64,000 nt of DNA, taken from positions 620,001 through 684,000 of the forward strand of contig UYFQ01000006.1 in NCBI GenBank assembly GCA_900617105.1, written 5' to 3'. Positions 9,873 through 20,207 of this stretch are shown in pieces. Numbering within the stretch: the stretch's first letter is position 1; the number at the start of each line of letters is the position of its first letter. The position numbers and the translations under genes are program-made. The notes under the pieces were generated by a model, which saw only the letters and a program-made list of their open reading frames with translations, did not search any database and was not told the origin of the DNA. Source of the stretch: Hydrurus foetidus (lineage: Eukaryota).

Positions 9873-10201
9873 AAGGCAGCTAAGGTAGATAAGGCGGGCA
9901 AGACCCGTGAAGCAAAAAAGAAGGCCAAACGCGAGCCTGGTTAAAGGTTCAAAAGAACCGCTCGACTGGCAGAGCCAGAGTCTAAGCGCCAAAACATTCT
10001 CAACCCAAGGCAGCGTGCTTGAATGGCAATATTACCCATAAGAAACCCAGGGTTTTGGGAATGCGAAGCCCACATTCAACATGAGGCGGATTTGCGTGCC
10101 CTGCTCTGTTAACGCAGCCCAATGGATGCTGACTTGCATCCCTGTCGTTGTTGTCTCGGCTCAAAACCCAGGCGCAAATGATTTGATACTCGCGCTACTG
10201 G

Positions 10202-11773
10202 CTACGGGTACGTTGGTTGCGTTAGCTTGAATACACTGACCGCACTGGCCAATAAGTTTGCCTGTTCACGCAAAGACTCAGATGCAGCGGCCGATTGCTC
10301 CACAAGTGCCGAATTCTGTTGCGTAACTTGATCAAGTTGCGACACCGATTCACTGATTAGCGACAGGCCACGGCTTTGGTTGGATGAGTGCTCGGACAAC
10401 TCAGCGATCACGCCGCGCACCCGGCGCACACTGCCCACAATATCATCCATAGTGGCGCCAGCATTAGCAACCAGTCTTGCGCCTTCCTCTGCCTTGGTCA
10501 CCGAAGCACCAATCAGGCCGCTGATTTCTTTCGCCGCCGTGGCCGAGCGTTGCGCCAGTTGCCGGACCTCTGCAGCCACCACGGCAAAGCCCCGACCTTG
10601 CTCGCCAGCTCGGGCTGCTTCTACGGCAGCATTCAGTGCCAAAATATTAGTCTGAAAGGCGATACCGTCGATCACACCAATGATGTCTGCTATCTTTTTC
10701 GAACTACCGTTGATCTCATTCATCATGATCACCACCTCCGATACCAGTACGCCGCCGCGTGTTGCCACCTCGGCTGTAGCACTGACCATGTCGTTAGCCT
10801 GGGCCGATGAGGCTGCGCTTTGCTGCACATTGCCGTTCAATTCGGAAATGGAAGCCACAGCTTCTTGCAGGTTTGTTGCCGTGTTTTCAGTTCGGAGGCT
10901 CAAATCCTGGTTGCCAGCGGCAATCTCACCCGATGCCAGATGAATGCTTTGTGCTGCAGATTGAACCCCAGACACCAAGTTACGCAAAAAATCTTGCATA
11001 CGCCCCATCGTCGCCACCAACTTCCCAATTTCATCATAGCTGTGCCCATCCATTGGGGTGTACAGCTGCCCTTGGGAAATGCGCTCAGCCATGTGATGAG
11101 CCTGCGCCAAAGCCCGGGTGATGCCATGCACTGTATAGAGTGTCAACGGAATCAGTACCAGCAGCGCAAGCCCCATCAGACCGGCCTGTAGGGTAGAGAG
11201 CCACAGCACCCGCGTGTCAATTTCCGTCTGGGCGGTATGCATCTGCAACTGCGAGACGGCAGCGGTATCAAGCAGCACTTTATCAATGGCCTCCACATGT
11301 TTTTTAAGCTGCCCCGCGTAGGCGGCTCCCACAGCACCGTCGATCTGCGCTTCTTCGATTTTCCTCAGCACCGGGCCCAGGCCATCTGCATAGGCTTTGA
11401 TTTCAGTCAGCGCTGCGTCCGTAGCCTTGACGTAAATCGGGTTATTGCCTTGGGTTGTTCGTAAATCCGTCACACTTTGTCTAAAGGCATCGAGCGCTTT
11501 AAGCCAACCCGTGCGCAGCTCAGCAACCTCAACTGCATTGTTAAAGCTGATGATGATGTCTTTCTCTTGAAGCCGCACCTGCGCCAGCATGATGCGCAGC
11601 TTGTTGACCTCAGCCAAAGTGTGTACTTTGTTGTCCACCAAGTCTTTGACCGTACTACGGGTGGAGTCCAATGCCCAAAAACCCAGGCCACCCACCGCGA
11701 GCATCAGCACCAAGGAAAACACGGTACCAAAATACAAACGCGCGCGAATCGTTAAGTGATTAAGCCAAGACAT
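10202..11773 (-). CDS. Methyl-accepting chemotaxis protein (4HB sensor, HAMP, MA domain)
   Basis: Two TM helices, a HAMP segment (DEIGKL) and [30 protein letters not shown]. Confidence 0.97.
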   Translation of the reverse strand: MSWLNHLTIRARLYFGTVFSLVLMLAVGGLGFWALDSTRSTVKDLVDNKVHTLAEVNKLRIMLAQVRLQEKDIIISFNNAVEVAELRTGWLKALDAFRQSVTDLRTTQGNNPIYVKATDAALTEIKAYADGLGPVLRKIEEAQIDGAVGAAYAGQLKKHVEAIDKVLLDTAAVSQLQMHTAQTEIDTRVLWLSTLQAGLMGLALLVLIPLTLYTVHGITRALAQAHHMAERISQGQLYTPMDGHSYDEIGKLVATMGRMQDFLRNLVSGVQSAAQSIHLASGEIAAGNQDLSLRTENTATNLQEAVASISELNGNVQQSAASSAQANDMVSATAEVATRGGVLVSEVVIMMNEINGSSKKIADIIGVIDGIAFQTNILALNAAVEAARAGEQGRGFAVVAAEVRQLAQRSATAAKEISGLIGASVTKAEEGARLVANAGATMDDIVGSVRRVRGVIAELSEHSSNQSRGLSLISESVSQLDQVTQQNSALVEQSAAASESLREQANLLASAVSVFKLTQPTYP

Positions 11774-12250
11774 GCGTAACTCCGGTGAGAATCCAGTATG
11801 ACCGCAAGCGAGGGCCTAAGCTATTCATTTGCGTATGTGTTGAAAAAATAATAGCACTACTGTGCTTGAACGGTTTTGTTGCAAAAATGACCTTTCCCGG
11901 CCAAGGGGAGGGAAGGTGATGACCAACTGAGGGAGCTTCAACGCAGCACTGAAAACAAGATGGTCGTTACTGGTGTGGTTCAGATTTGCTAGGAAGACCA
12001 AACGGGCGGAGTGAGAGGTTTTCAGATGCAGCAATCCAGTTCTGTCTGGGCATCAAAAACCGATTCAAACTTGCGTCACGTCAAACGACAGAGATGGTGC
12101 AACGCTTGTTAAACCTTGCAGCATCAACTCAGGGTTGTATCTTTTGGTTGGCCGTACAGGCATCAAGATGTAGAGCGAAGACGAATAAAAACACAAAAAA
12201 TACGGAGCAAAGCCCCGTAGCCAATGGCACAAAGCTCACCTGAGAGCGCC

Positions 12251-12284
12251 ATGCCTCTATAGCCTTGCGCCGGGCTATAGGCAT
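12251..12284. other. Stem-loop immediately left of the IS (possible displaced terminator)
   Basis: ATGCCT-CTATAGCC-TTGCGCCG-GGCTATAG-GCAT inverted repeat. No clear U-tract. Confidence 0.35.
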
Positions 12285-12299
12285 CATTCCAACACTTTA

Positions 12300-13591
12300 G
12301 GGCAGTCCTATAAATTCCCAAATCCAGTCAACGCATAAACGATATAAATCGTTTATCTAAGAAGCCTCCTAATCACAAGCCATGATGCAAAGCAGTTTTT
12401 TTGACCTCGACAAGAGGTACGCGAAGTTGAGCGAGGCCGGAGATCCGCTGGAGCGGTTGAATGAGGCAATTGACTGGGAGATGTTTCGCACGACGCTCGA
12501 GCGCATAGATGTAAAGCCACGCAAAAGCGCAGCAGGACGTCCACCAACCTGCCGAATCGTGATGTTCAAGATGCTGCTGCTCCAGCGCCTGCATCAACTC
12601 TCAGACGAGCGCTTGGAATACCAAGTGACGGACCGGCTGTCGTTCATGCGGTTTTTAGGGTTGGAGTTGGCTGGACTTGTACCTGACTCAAGAACCGTCT
12701 GGGCCTTTCGCGAAGCGCTCAAGAAGAGCGACCTGATGCAGCCCCTGCTGGACAAGCTGACCCAAGCGCTAGGGGATATGGGCGTGGAACTCAAAAGTGG
12801 GCAAATCATAGATGCCAGCTTTATCCCCGTACCCATCCAGCGCAATGGGCGCGAAGAGAATGCCCAACTCAAAGCAGGCAAGACCCCCGAAGAGTGGATG
12901 GACAACGCAAACAAGCTACGGCACAAAGACGTAGATGCCCGCTGGACAAAGAAAAGCGGGCAAAGCCACTACGGCTACAAGAACCACATCAACATCGACA
13001 AAGACACCAAGCTGATCACGGCGCATGCGTGTACAGATGCCAGCGTTCACGACAGCCAAGAGCTTGATACCGTGCTGCGCACACCAGAAGAGGGTGGCAA
13101 AGACACGTGGGCAGACAGCGCCTACCGCTCAGAGGAGCAGGAAAAGGCGCTCCAGGCCAGCCAACACAGCAGCCACATCCATGAGCGGGCGTATCGCAAC
13201 CATCCTCTGACGGAGGAACAAAAGGCCACCAACAAAACCAAGTCCAAAGTACGCGCTCGCGTTGAGCATGTCTTTGGGCACATGGAAAACACAATGGGCG
13301 GCATGGGCCTGCGCACCATCGGACTCGCTCGCGCCAAAGTGGGCGTGGCGTTGATGAACCTCACCTACAACATCAGCCGCATTGAGATACTCATGCGCAA
13401 CAAGGTTTTTAGCTTCTCTCGCCTGCTCACGCCCAAAATGGGCCAAGTGGCCTGAAATGGGGGCAAAACCCCCCTTGAAGCGCCTCGAAATCACCAAAAA
13501 TGCGAAAAAACACAAAACAAATTCGCATTGTGAAATGTTTAGCGTCCCAGGCAAGGCTTGGGGTGGTTAACGTCGATTTATAGAACTGCCC
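12300..13591 (+). mobile_element. IS5-family insertion sequence, complete
   Basis: Left end GGGCAGTCCTATAAATT matches the reverse complement of the right end, GGGCAGTTCTATAAATC, at 15/17. Flanked by a TTTA direct repeat (12296-12299, 13592-13595), or by CTTTAG if the ends are set 1 bp inward. Confidence 0.92.
12382..13455 (+). CDS. IS5-family DDE transposase
   Basis: N-terminal LSDERLEYQVTDRLSFMRFLG..PDSRTVW. DDE segments IIDAS, ADSAY and RARVEHVFG. Confidence 0.95.
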   Translation: MMQSSFFDLDKRYAKLSEAGDPLERLNEAIDWEMFRTTLERIDVKPRKSAAGRPPTCRIVMFKMLLLQRLHQLSDERLEYQVTDRLSFMRFLGLELAGLVPDSRTVWAFREALKKSDLMQPLLDKLTQALGDMGVELKSGQIIDASFIPVPIQRNGREENAQLKAGKTPEEWMDNANKLRHKDVDARWTKKSGQSHYGYKNHINIDKDTKLITAHACTDASVHDSQELDTVLRTPEEGGKDTWADSAYRSEEQEKALQASQHSSHIHERAYRNHPLTEEQKATNKTKSKVRARVEHVFGHMENTMGGMGLRTIGLARAKVGVALMNLTYNISRIEILMRNKVFSFSRLLTPKMGQVA

Positions 13592-13633
13592 TTTAGATTT
13601 ACTGCAATTCCGCCGCTTGGATCAATTGGTGCA

Positions 13634-14620
13634 TTAAGCCGTGCCGCGCAGCCGCTCAATCAAACCATTGAGTGCGTCCAGTGAACCGAACTGAATCGCC
13701 AACTCGCCCATCTCTTCCAGCTTGCCGTGGCGTTTGACGCGCTTTTTAATGCGCACTTCCACATCCGCCATGAGCAGATCCGACAATTCTTCTTCCACCC
13801 GTTTGATGTCGCGCGACTTTTGTACTTTGGCTGTACCGGCGACTTGGTCGGGTTCCGCTGAAATCTTTTTCACCAAGCTTTCAGCCTCGCGCACCGAGAG
13901 ACTTTTGGCGCTGATCTGGTTCGCAGCGGTGATCTGGCTGGCTTTGTCCAACGCCAGCAAAGCGCGGGCGTGGCCCATGTCCAAGTCGCCCGCCATCAAC
14001 ATGGTTTGCACCGGTTCCGCCAAATTCAGCAGGCGCAGCAAATTACTGGCAGCACTGCGTGAGCGGCCCACGGCTTGGGCGGCGCTCTCGTGGGTGAGGC
14101 CGAATTCTTTCACCAAACGCTGCAAACCCTGCGCCTCTTCCAGTGGATTCAAGTCTTCGCGCTGGATGTTCTCAATGAGCGACATGGCCGCAGCGGCTTC
14201 GTCGGGCACGTCCCGCACCAGCACGGGCACGCTGTCCAGACCGGCCAGTTTGGCCGCCCGGAAGCGGCGCTCACCCGCGATGATCTCGTACACCGGACGG
14301 CTGCTGAGCGGGGGCGTACTGCCCGCAGCGGCACCGGCTGTCAGCAGTGCGGTACGGCGGCGCTGGCCGTCAGCGGGTTCTAGGCGGCGCACCAAAATCG
14401 GCTGCATGATGCCCTGCACCTTGATGCTTTCGGCCAGCTCGTACAGCGCACCTTCGTCCATGCGTGTGCGCGGCTGGTAAGCACCGGGCACCATGTCCGT
14501 CAGCGGCAAGGTGGACGACAGCCCAGCGATAGAGCCCGCCTCATCCGCATTGTTTTCGACTTTGGGGCCCAGCAAGGCTTCGAGTCCACGGCCTAGGCCT
14601 TTGGGTTTTTTAGTGACCAT
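13634..14620 (-). CDS. parB: Chromosome partitioning protein ParB
   Basis: KGLGRGL, QPR, GIMQPI, IIAGERR, ENIQREDL and an HTH. Lies in the mnmG-rsmG-parA operon. Confidence 0.97.
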   Translation of the reverse strand: MVTKKPKGLGRGLEALLGPKVENNADEAGSIAGLSSTLPLTDMVPGAYQPRTRMDEGALYELAESIKVQGIMQPILVRRLEPADGQRRRTALLTAGAAAGSTPPLSSRPVYEIIAGERRFRAAKLAGLDSVPVLVRDVPDEAAAAMSLIENIQREDLNPLEEAQGLQRLVKEFGLTHESAAQAVGRSRSAASNLLRLLNLAEPVQTMLMAGDLDMGHARALLALDKASQITAANQISAKSLSVREAESLVKKISAEPDQVAGTAKVQKSRDIKRVEEELSDLLMADVEVRIKKRVKRHGKLEEMGELAIQFGSLDALNGLIERLRGTA

Positions 14621-14626
14621 GTGTAC

Positions 14627-15181
14627 TTACGCTTTATCGTGTTGTTGCATCAAAATGAGTAGCAGCCGGTGCCCGTCTGACCAACTGTTAAGGCCTGATT
14701 CGGCATTGATATGCCCGCTGTCACCGTAGTCAATAAACTGCGAACCCCAGCTTTGCGCGAAGGTTTTCGCACGCTCAAAATCACAGTACGGATCGGTGTG
14801 GCTGCCCAACAGCACACTGGAAAAAGGCAACTTTTGCAGCGGCATCGGTGACCAGCTGTAGAGCTGGGCACGAAGCGTTTCACGTGAAACATCGCCCGGC
14901 GCCACCAGCAACGCCGCTTTCACACGGTGGGTGTTTTGCGAATGCGAGGCCCATGCAGCGGTGAGGACGCAACCCAAACTGTGCGCTACCAGCACCACCG
15001 GGCCATCGCACGAGAGCACCACGTCTTCGAGGCGGCTGATCCAATCGCCCCGCAGTGGCTGCATCCAATCGTGCTGCTCAACGCGGGTGTAGCCGTACTG
15101 GGTTTCCCACAGGCTTTGCCAGTGGTCAGGGCCACTGCCCTGCCAACCGGGCAGGATGAGGACGTTAGAAGGCTTCATCAC
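14627..15181 (-). CDS. RBBP9/YdeN family alpha/beta hydrolase
   Basis: LPGWQGSGPDHWQ, VAHSLG, DPYC and GHIN motifs. Confidence 0.92.
   Translation of the reverse strand: MMKPSNVLILPGWQGSGPDHWQSLWETQYGYTRVEQHDWMQPLRGDWISRLEDVVLSCDGPVVLVAHSLGCVLTAAWASHSQNTHRVKAALLVAPGDVSRETLRAQLYSWSPMPLQKLPFSSVLLGSHTDPYCDFERAKTFAQSWGSQFIDYGDSGHINAESGLNSWSDGHRLLLILMQQHDKA
14876..14891. promoter_or_regulatory. parS centromere-like site (within ydeN-like CDS)
   Basis: CGTTTCACGTGAAACA, 15/16 match to the parS consensus TGTTTCACGTGAAACA. Confidence 0.88.
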
Positions 15182-15189
15182 CGCGTCCC

Positions 15190-15960
15190 TTACATCTCTT
15201 TAACGCGCTTGACCATTTCTTCAGCAAAGGCGATGAAGGCGATGCTGCCTTTGGCTGAAGGGTCAAAAATAACACCAGGCAAGCCATAGCTGGGCGCTTC
15301 GGCCAAGCGCACATTGCGTGGGATCACCGAGTCGAACACCTTGCCACCAAAGTGCCCTTTGAGCTGGTCGCTCACCTGCTGTTGCAGCGTGATGCGCGGA
15401 TCAAACATCATGCGCAGCAAGCCGATGATTTGCAAATCAGGGTTCAAATTGGCGTGGACTTGCTTGATGGTGTTGACCAAATCCGTCAGTCCTTCGAGCG
15501 CGAAATACTCGCACTGCATGGGCACGATCACGCCGTTGGCAGCGCACAGGCCGTTCAAGGTCAGCATGGAAAGCGAAGGTGGGCAATCGACGAGGATGAA
15601 ATCGTAGTCTTCTTGCACCGCTGCAAACGCCTGCTTCAAGCGCTTTTCGCGGCGGTCTAAGTTGACGATTTCAATCTCGGCCCCTGCCAGCTCGCGGTTC
15701 GCGGCCAGCACGTCGTAGCCACATTTGTCAGCACGCACGCGGGCTTCGGCGACGGTGGCAGATTCGAGCAGCACGTCGTACACCGACAGCGCCACACTGC
15801 GCTTATCTACACCCGACCCCATCGTGGCATTGCCCTGCGGATCAAGATCGACCATCAGCACGCGCTGGCCTATTTTGGCCAGACCGGCGGCTAAGTTGAC
15901 GGTGGTGGTGGTTTTACCAACCCCACCTTTTTGATTCGCGACACAGAAAATTTTGGCCAT
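15190..15960 (-). CDS. parA: Chromosome partitioning ATPase ParA/Soj
   Basis: NQKGGVGKTTT, DLDPQGN, DCPPS and LAEAPS motifs. Confidence 0.97.
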   Translation of the reverse strand: MAKIFCVANQKGGVGKTTTTVNLAAGLAKIGQRVLMVDLDPQGNATMGSGVDKRSVALSVYDVLLESATVAEARVRADKCGYDVLAANRELAGAEIEIVNLDRREKRLKQAFAAVQEDYDFILVDCPPSLSMLTLNGLCAANGVIVPMQCEYFALEGLTDLVNTIKQVHANLNPDLQIIGLLRMMFDPRITLQQQVSDQLKGHFGGKVFDSVIPRNVRLAEAPSYGLPGVIFDPSAKGSIAFIAFAEEMVKRVKEM

Positions 15961-16015
15961 GAGGAATGCTTAAATGCTTAACAACGGTTAAAACTATGGA
16001 CGAACGATTGACGAA

Positions 16016-16630
16016 CTACTTCGTCAAGGCCAGCTTGACGCCGAACCCGATGAGAAAAATACCCGCCAGCTTTTCAAGCACGCGGGTCACAGCGGGGTTG
16101 GCACGTATGCGCTCCGCCAAAAAATGGGTCAGCAGCACGACGACCAACCCGTAAGCGAAGGTGAGTACCGCAATGGTGGCGGCCATCACGCCAAAGGTCA
16201 GCAGGCCTTGGTGATGCGCAGGGTCAACAAACAATGGGAAGAACGCCATGTAAAAAACGATGGCCTTGGGATTGAGCAAAGTAATCATCACCGACTGGCG
16301 AAAGTAGTGGCGCGGCAAGATGTTCAGCAGCGGTTTGTCACCAGCTTTGGCCGTCAGCATTTTGAAACCCAGCCACGCCAAGTAAGCGGCACCCAGCCAC
16401 TGCACCATGTGAAAGGCTGTGGGGTAATGACTCAGCATGGCAGCCACACCGGCCACAGCCAACCACATCAGCACCTGATCGCCTGCAATCACCCCAAAGG
16501 TAGACGCAAAACCACCCGCCATGCCACCCTTACTGGTAGAAGTGATGAGCGCCAAATTACCAGGCCCAGGGATGGCTAAAAACAAAATGATGGCGGCGAC
16601 GAAAGAACCGTAATCTGCAATACCGAACAT
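16016..16630 (-). CDS. LysE/RhtB family transporter (LeuE-like)
   Basis: IPGPG, GAAYLAWLG and LLNPKA motifs. About six hydrophobic segments. Confidence 0.92.
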   Translation of the reverse strand: MFGIADYGSFVAAIILFLAIPGPGNLALITSTSKGGMAGGFASTFGVIAGDQVLMWLAVAGVAAMLSHYPTAFHMVQWLGAAYLAWLGFKMLTAKAGDKPLLNILPRHYFRQSVMITLLNPKAIVFYMAFFPLFVDPAHHQGLLTFGVMAATIAVLTFAYGLVVVLLTHFLAERIRANPAVTRVLEKLAGIFLIGFGVKLALTK

Positions 16631-16714
16631 GGTGAAATTCCTTTGGGTTGGTGATGACGTTGGCTTTGATGTAGAGAGCGACGATAACGGAGAGGGCGTG
16701 GGTGGCGCTGGAGT

Positions 16715-17386
16715 TTACTTGGCATGCAACCAGAGCAAGCAACGCTCAGCATCCAAACCAGGCACTTTGAGCTGCTCGGTGTGAAACAAACGGATGTGGG
16801 ATGGCAATACGGCCAGCTCATCGGCTGGATGTTTGCCCTTCATCGCCAGCCAAACACCCGTGGGGGCGAGCGCAGCTTGCGACCAACTGGTGAAATCCAC
16901 CAGCGAAGCAAACGCCCGCGAGCACACCACATCGAAGTCCGCACCTTTCAAAGTTTCAACACGGGCGTTCACCGCCTTCAGGTTGCTAAGTTGCAGTGTG
17001 CTCGCCGCCTGCTGGATAAACGCCGTCTTTTTACCCACGGTATCCACACAGGTGACTTGCAACTGCGGGCAACACACGGCCAACACCACACCGGGCAGAC
17101 CAGCACCTGAACCGACATCGAGCAACCGAGCCGACCTCCCCTGCCCACCCTCGACAAACCCCGCAGCGTCCAAATGCCGTTGCAGCGCAGGCAACACGGC
17201 CAGACTGTCCAGCAAATGGTGGCGCAGCATCTCATCGGGCGAACGCACCGCCGTCAAGTTGTAGACCTTGTTCCATTTGCCAATCAAATCTTGGTAGCTC
17301 AGCAGTTGGGCAACTTGGTGGGCGGACAAGCTCAGGCCCAGCGTGGTCAGACCGTCTTGCAGTTCACTCGTTTGGCTGTGGCTCAT
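16715..17386 (-). CDS. rsmG: 16S rRNA m7G527 methyltransferase RsmG (GidB)
   Basis: [26 protein letters not shown] and SRAFA motifs. Overlaps the mnmG stop by 4 bp. Confidence 0.97.
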   Translation of the reverse strand: MSHSQTSELQDGLTTLGLSLSAHQVAQLLSYQDLIGKWNKVYNLTAVRSPDEMLRHHLLDSLAVLPALQRHLDAAGFVEGGQGRSARLLDVGSGAGLPGVVLAVCCPQLQVTCVDTVGKKTAFIQQAASTLQLSNLKAVNARVETLKGADFDVVCSRAFASLVDFTSWSQAALAPTGVWLAMKGKHPADELAVLPSHIRLFHTEQLKVPGLDAERCLLWLHAK

Positions 17387-19386
17387 GCTTGCACCTTCTC
17401 TGGCGTAGCCGCTTGCAATTTACGCCCGTTCTTTTTCAGATGAACCAGCAACAGCGATACCGCAGCCGGTGTGATGCCCGAAATACGCGCCGCTTGCCCC
17501 AGGGTCTCTGGCCGTTGCGTGTGCAGCTTTTGTCGCGCCTCAAACGACAAGGCCGTCACCTGCAAATAGTCCATGTCCACCGGCAGCCGCAGATTCTCGT
17601 AATGCGCGGCACGCTCTACCTCGCCCTTTTGGCGGTCAATGTAGCCCGAGTACTTGGCGGCAATCTCCACCTGCTCGATCACCGCAGCGCCCAGGTCGTT
17701 GTCCGCAGACGTTGCTGTTTCACGTGAAACAAGTGCGGTCAATTCAGCACTGGCGTGCTTGCCATCGTCCAACGACATCAGGCTCGCATACGTCACATCC
17801 GGTCGGCGCAGCAATTCGGTGAAGCTGTATTCGTGTTCAATGGCTTTGCCGAAGACACGCTCAGACTCACTCAAGCTCAGGTTCTTTGGGCTAACCCAGA
17901 TAGATTTGAGGCGCTCTGTTTCACGTGAAACAGCATCACGCTTACGGCTGAAAGCATCCCAGCGCACATCGTCCACCAAGCCCAGTTTGCGGCCTGTTTC
18001 CGTGAGGCGCGTGTCGGCATTGTCTTCACGCAGTTGCAAGCGGAACTCGGCCCGGCTGGTGAACATGCGGTAAGGCTCGGTCACGCCCTGGGTCACGAGG
18101 TCATCGACCAGCACGCCAAGATACGCTTCGTCGCGGCGCGGCAGCCAAGGCGCATCGCCTCGGCATTGCAGCGCGGCATTGATCCCGGCAAACAAACCTT
18201 GCGCGGCGGCTTCTTCATAGCCGGTGGTGCCGTTGATCTGGCCTGCGAAAAACAGACCACCAATGGCCTTGGTCTCAAAGCTGTTGCTCAGCGCACGCGG
18301 ATCGAAGTAGTCGTACTCGATCGCATAGCCAGGGCGCAGGATATGGACGTTCTCCAGGCCCGCCATCGAGCGCACCAAGTCGTACTGCACATCGAACGGC
18401 AAGCTCGTAGAGATGCCATTGGGGTAGACCTCGTGCGTCGTCAGGCCTTCGGGCTCCAAGAAAATCTGGTGGCTGTCTTTGTCAGCGAAGCGGTTGATTT
18501 TGTCTTCCACACTCGGGCAGTAGCGCGGCCCCACACCTTCGATCTTGCCGGTGAACATGGGGCTGCGGTCAAACCCGCTGCGGATGATGTCGTGCGTGCG
18601 TTCGTTGGTATGGGTTATCCAGCATGGCACTTGCTGCGGGTGCATCGCCTTGTTGCCTAAGTAGCTGAACACCGGCACTGCGCCCTCCTCGCCCACGCCA
18701 CCTGGCATACCGTCACCGGGCTGCGCGGTGCAGCGGCTGAAGTCGATGGTGCGGCCATCGAGGCGCGGTGGCGTACCGGTCTTCAAGCGGCCTTGCGGCA
18801 GCTTCAGCTCTTTCAAGCGAGCCGACAGGCTGACGGCAGGCGGATCGCCTGCCCGGCCTGCGGCATAGTTGTTCAACCCGACGTGGATTTTGCCGTCCAG
18901 GAAAGTTCCTGCCGTCAACACCACAGTGCGACTGCGAAAGCGGATGCCGATCTGCGTCACCGCGCCGACAACGCGCTCACCCGTGCCCGTGCTTTCCACC
19001 ATCAAATCGTCCACCGCTTGCTGAAACAACCACAGGTTAGGCTGGTTTTCCAAACGTTTTCGGATGGCCGCTTTGTACAAGATGCGGTCAGCCTGCGCCC
19101 GCGTCGCACGCACGGCCGGGCCTTTGCTGGAATTGAGGATGCGAAATTGAATGCCGCCCTCGTCCGTGGCAATGCCCATCGCCCCACCCAGCGCATCCAC
19201 CTCTTTGACCAAATGGCCTTTGCCGATACCGCCGATGGACGGGTTGCAGCTCATCTGGCCGAGGGTTTCTATGTTGTGTGTCAACAGCAAAGTTTTGCAG
19301 CCCATGCGTGCAGCGGCCAGTGCCGCCTCGGTGCCCGCGTGGCCGCCGCCGACAACGATCACGTCAAATTCTTGGGGGTAGTTCAT
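17383..19386 (-). CDS. mnmG: tRNA uridine-5-carboxymethylaminomethyl modification enzyme MnmG (GidA)
   Basis: [24 protein letters not shown] and [13 protein letters not shown] motifs. Four in-frame ATGs lie between 19386 and 19422; 19386 (MNYPQEF) gives the typical N-terminus. Confidence 0.98.
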   Translation of the reverse strand: MNYPQEFDVIVVGGGHAGTEAALAAARMGCKTLLLTHNIETLGQMSCNPSIGGIGKGHLVKEVDALGGAMGIATDEGGIQFRILNSSKGPAVRATRAQADRILYKAAIRKRLENQPNLWLFQQAVDDLMVESTGTGERVVGAVTQIGIRFRSRTVVLTAGTFLDGKIHVGLNNYAAGRAGDPPAVSLSARLKELKLPQGRLKTGTPPRLDGRTIDFSRCTAQPGDGMPGGVGEEGAVPVFSYLGNKAMHPQQVPCWITHTNERTHDIIRSGFDRSPMFTGKIEGVGPRYCPSVEDKINRFADKDSHQIFLEPEGLTTHEVYPNGISTSLPFDVQYDLVRSMAGLENVHILRPGYAIEYDYFDPRALSNSFETKAIGGLFFAGQINGTTGYEEAAAQGLFAGINAALQCRGDAPWLPRRDEAYLGVLVDDLVTQGVTEPYRMFTSRAEFRLQLREDNADTRLTETGRKLGLVDDVRWDAFSRKRDAVSRETERLKSIWVSPKNLSLSESERVFGKAIEHEYSFTELLRRPDVTYASLMSLDDGKHASAELTALVSRETATSADNDLGAAVIEQVEIAAKYSGYIDRQKGEVERAAHYENLRLPVDMDYLQVTALSFEARQKLHTQRPETLGQAARISGITPAAVSLLLVHLKKNGRKLQAATPEKVQA
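17716..17731. promoter_or_regulatory. parS site (within mnmG)
   Basis: Perfect TGTTTCACGTGAAACA. Confidence 0.93.
17917..17932. promoter_or_regulatory. parS site (within mnmG)
   Basis: Perfect TGTTTCACGTGAAACA. Confidence 0.93.
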
Positions 19387-19422
19387 ACCACTGTTCATCC
19401 CATTGCTCATACCGTTACTCAT
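19381..19422 (-). repeat. Imperfect 12-bp tandem repeat giving four in-frame ATGs at the mnmG 5' end
   Basis: Minus strand reads ATGAGTAACGGT ATGAGCAATGGG ATGAACAGTGGT ATGAAC ([14 protein letters not shown]). Confidence 0.75.
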
Positions 19423-19892
19423 ACCGTTTGTCCTTGCGGCTCTGCGCCTATGTATTCCGTCAGCAAGCCCATATCGCGGGCAGCCACCGCTTGCCGTCGG
19501 TCACTGGTCACAAACAAATCCACCCTGGCTGACAGTGCACTGCCGATGTGCAGCGCGTCCATGCCGCGCAGTGGGTTACGCGCCATCGCGGCAAAGGCGT
19601 AGCGCTCGACTTGGGCATCCAAGGGCACGATAGTCATGTCTTCCACATCCGATTGCGTAGCTTGCCAAACGCGGTCAAATTCAGTGCTGGGCAAATTGCC
19701 TTCACGGCGGCGACGCAGCAACGCTGAAGCCACTTCTGTTTTGCAGTGGGCGGCAACCAACAACTCACTGGCGGCGGCAAACAACGCCATCACGCGGTCA
19801 CGCCCGGCTTCAGCCGCGTAGCGCTTGGTCAATGCTGACGCATCAAACAAGAGGCGCAAATCACCGTCGCGTACTTCCCATTTTTTTACCAC
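19419..19892 (-). CDS. vapC: Type II TA toxin, VapC/PIN domain
   Basis: [29 protein letters not shown] and [11 protein letters not shown] motifs. The start may instead be TTG at 19859. Confidence 0.9.
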   Translation of the reverse strand: MVKKWEVRDGDLRLLFDASALTKRYAAEAGRDRVMALFAAASELLVAAHCKTEVASALLRRRREGNLPSTEFDRVWQATQSDVEDMTIVPLDAQVERYAFAAMARNPLRGMDALHIGSALSARVDLFVTSDRRQAVAARDMGLLTEYIGAEPQGQTV

Positions 19893-20134
19893 GGGGCGTC
19901 CTCACGGTCTTCCAGAATGGCTGCCGACAAAGAGGCACCTGGCGGCAAAATCAACGGCTCAAGCGGGAGCTTCCAATGCGGTATTTTTGGCGAGATTGGT
20001 TCCATAGCGTGCGGCGGCACCAGCTCCGCCACAGGTTTGCCGTGTCGCAAAATACGTACGGTTTCGCCCTTTTCCACCAAATCAATCATGGCGGAAACAT
20101 TGGCACGGAATTCACTCAAGGCTAATGTTTGCAT
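19886..20134 (-). CDS. Type II TA antitoxin, Phd/YefM family
   Basis: MQTLALSEFRAN.SAMIDLVEKGETVRILRHGKPVAELVP. Lies immediately upstream of the PIN gene. Confidence 0.9.
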   Translation of the reverse strand: MQTLALSEFRANVSAMIDLVEKGETVRILRHGKPVAELVPPHAMEPISPKIPHWKLPLEPLILPPGASLSAAILEDREDAPW

Positions 20135-20160
20135 TTTGTACAAATTGGTTGTTTTGTACA
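20135..20160. promoter_or_regulatory. Putative antitoxin operator: two TGTACA palindromes
   Basis: TTTGTACAAA (20135-20144) and TGTACA (20155-20160) abut the antitoxin start. TGTACA is the core of YefM/Axe-family operators. Confidence 0.65.
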
Positions 20161-20191
20161 TTTTAACCTTACGGTACTCTGCTGGACAAAT

Positions 20192-20207
20192 AGTTTCACG
20201 TGAAACA
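20192..20207. promoter_or_regulatory. parS site (intergenic, upstream of the TA-mnmG operon)
   Basis: AGTTTCACGTGAAACA, 15/16 match. Confidence 0.88.

Noticed and set aside
11774..12250. About 480-bp intergenic region as possible ncRNA, riboswitch or oriC
   Set aside because: No DnaA-box cluster, tRNA, 6S or c-di-GMP riboswitch pattern recognised, and the short ORFs lack motifs. An Rfam scan would be needed to exclude an sRNA.
16774..16789. Degenerate parS half-site in rsmG (minus strand TGTTTCACACCGAGCA)
   Set aside because: Only one half matches the consensus. At most a decayed site.
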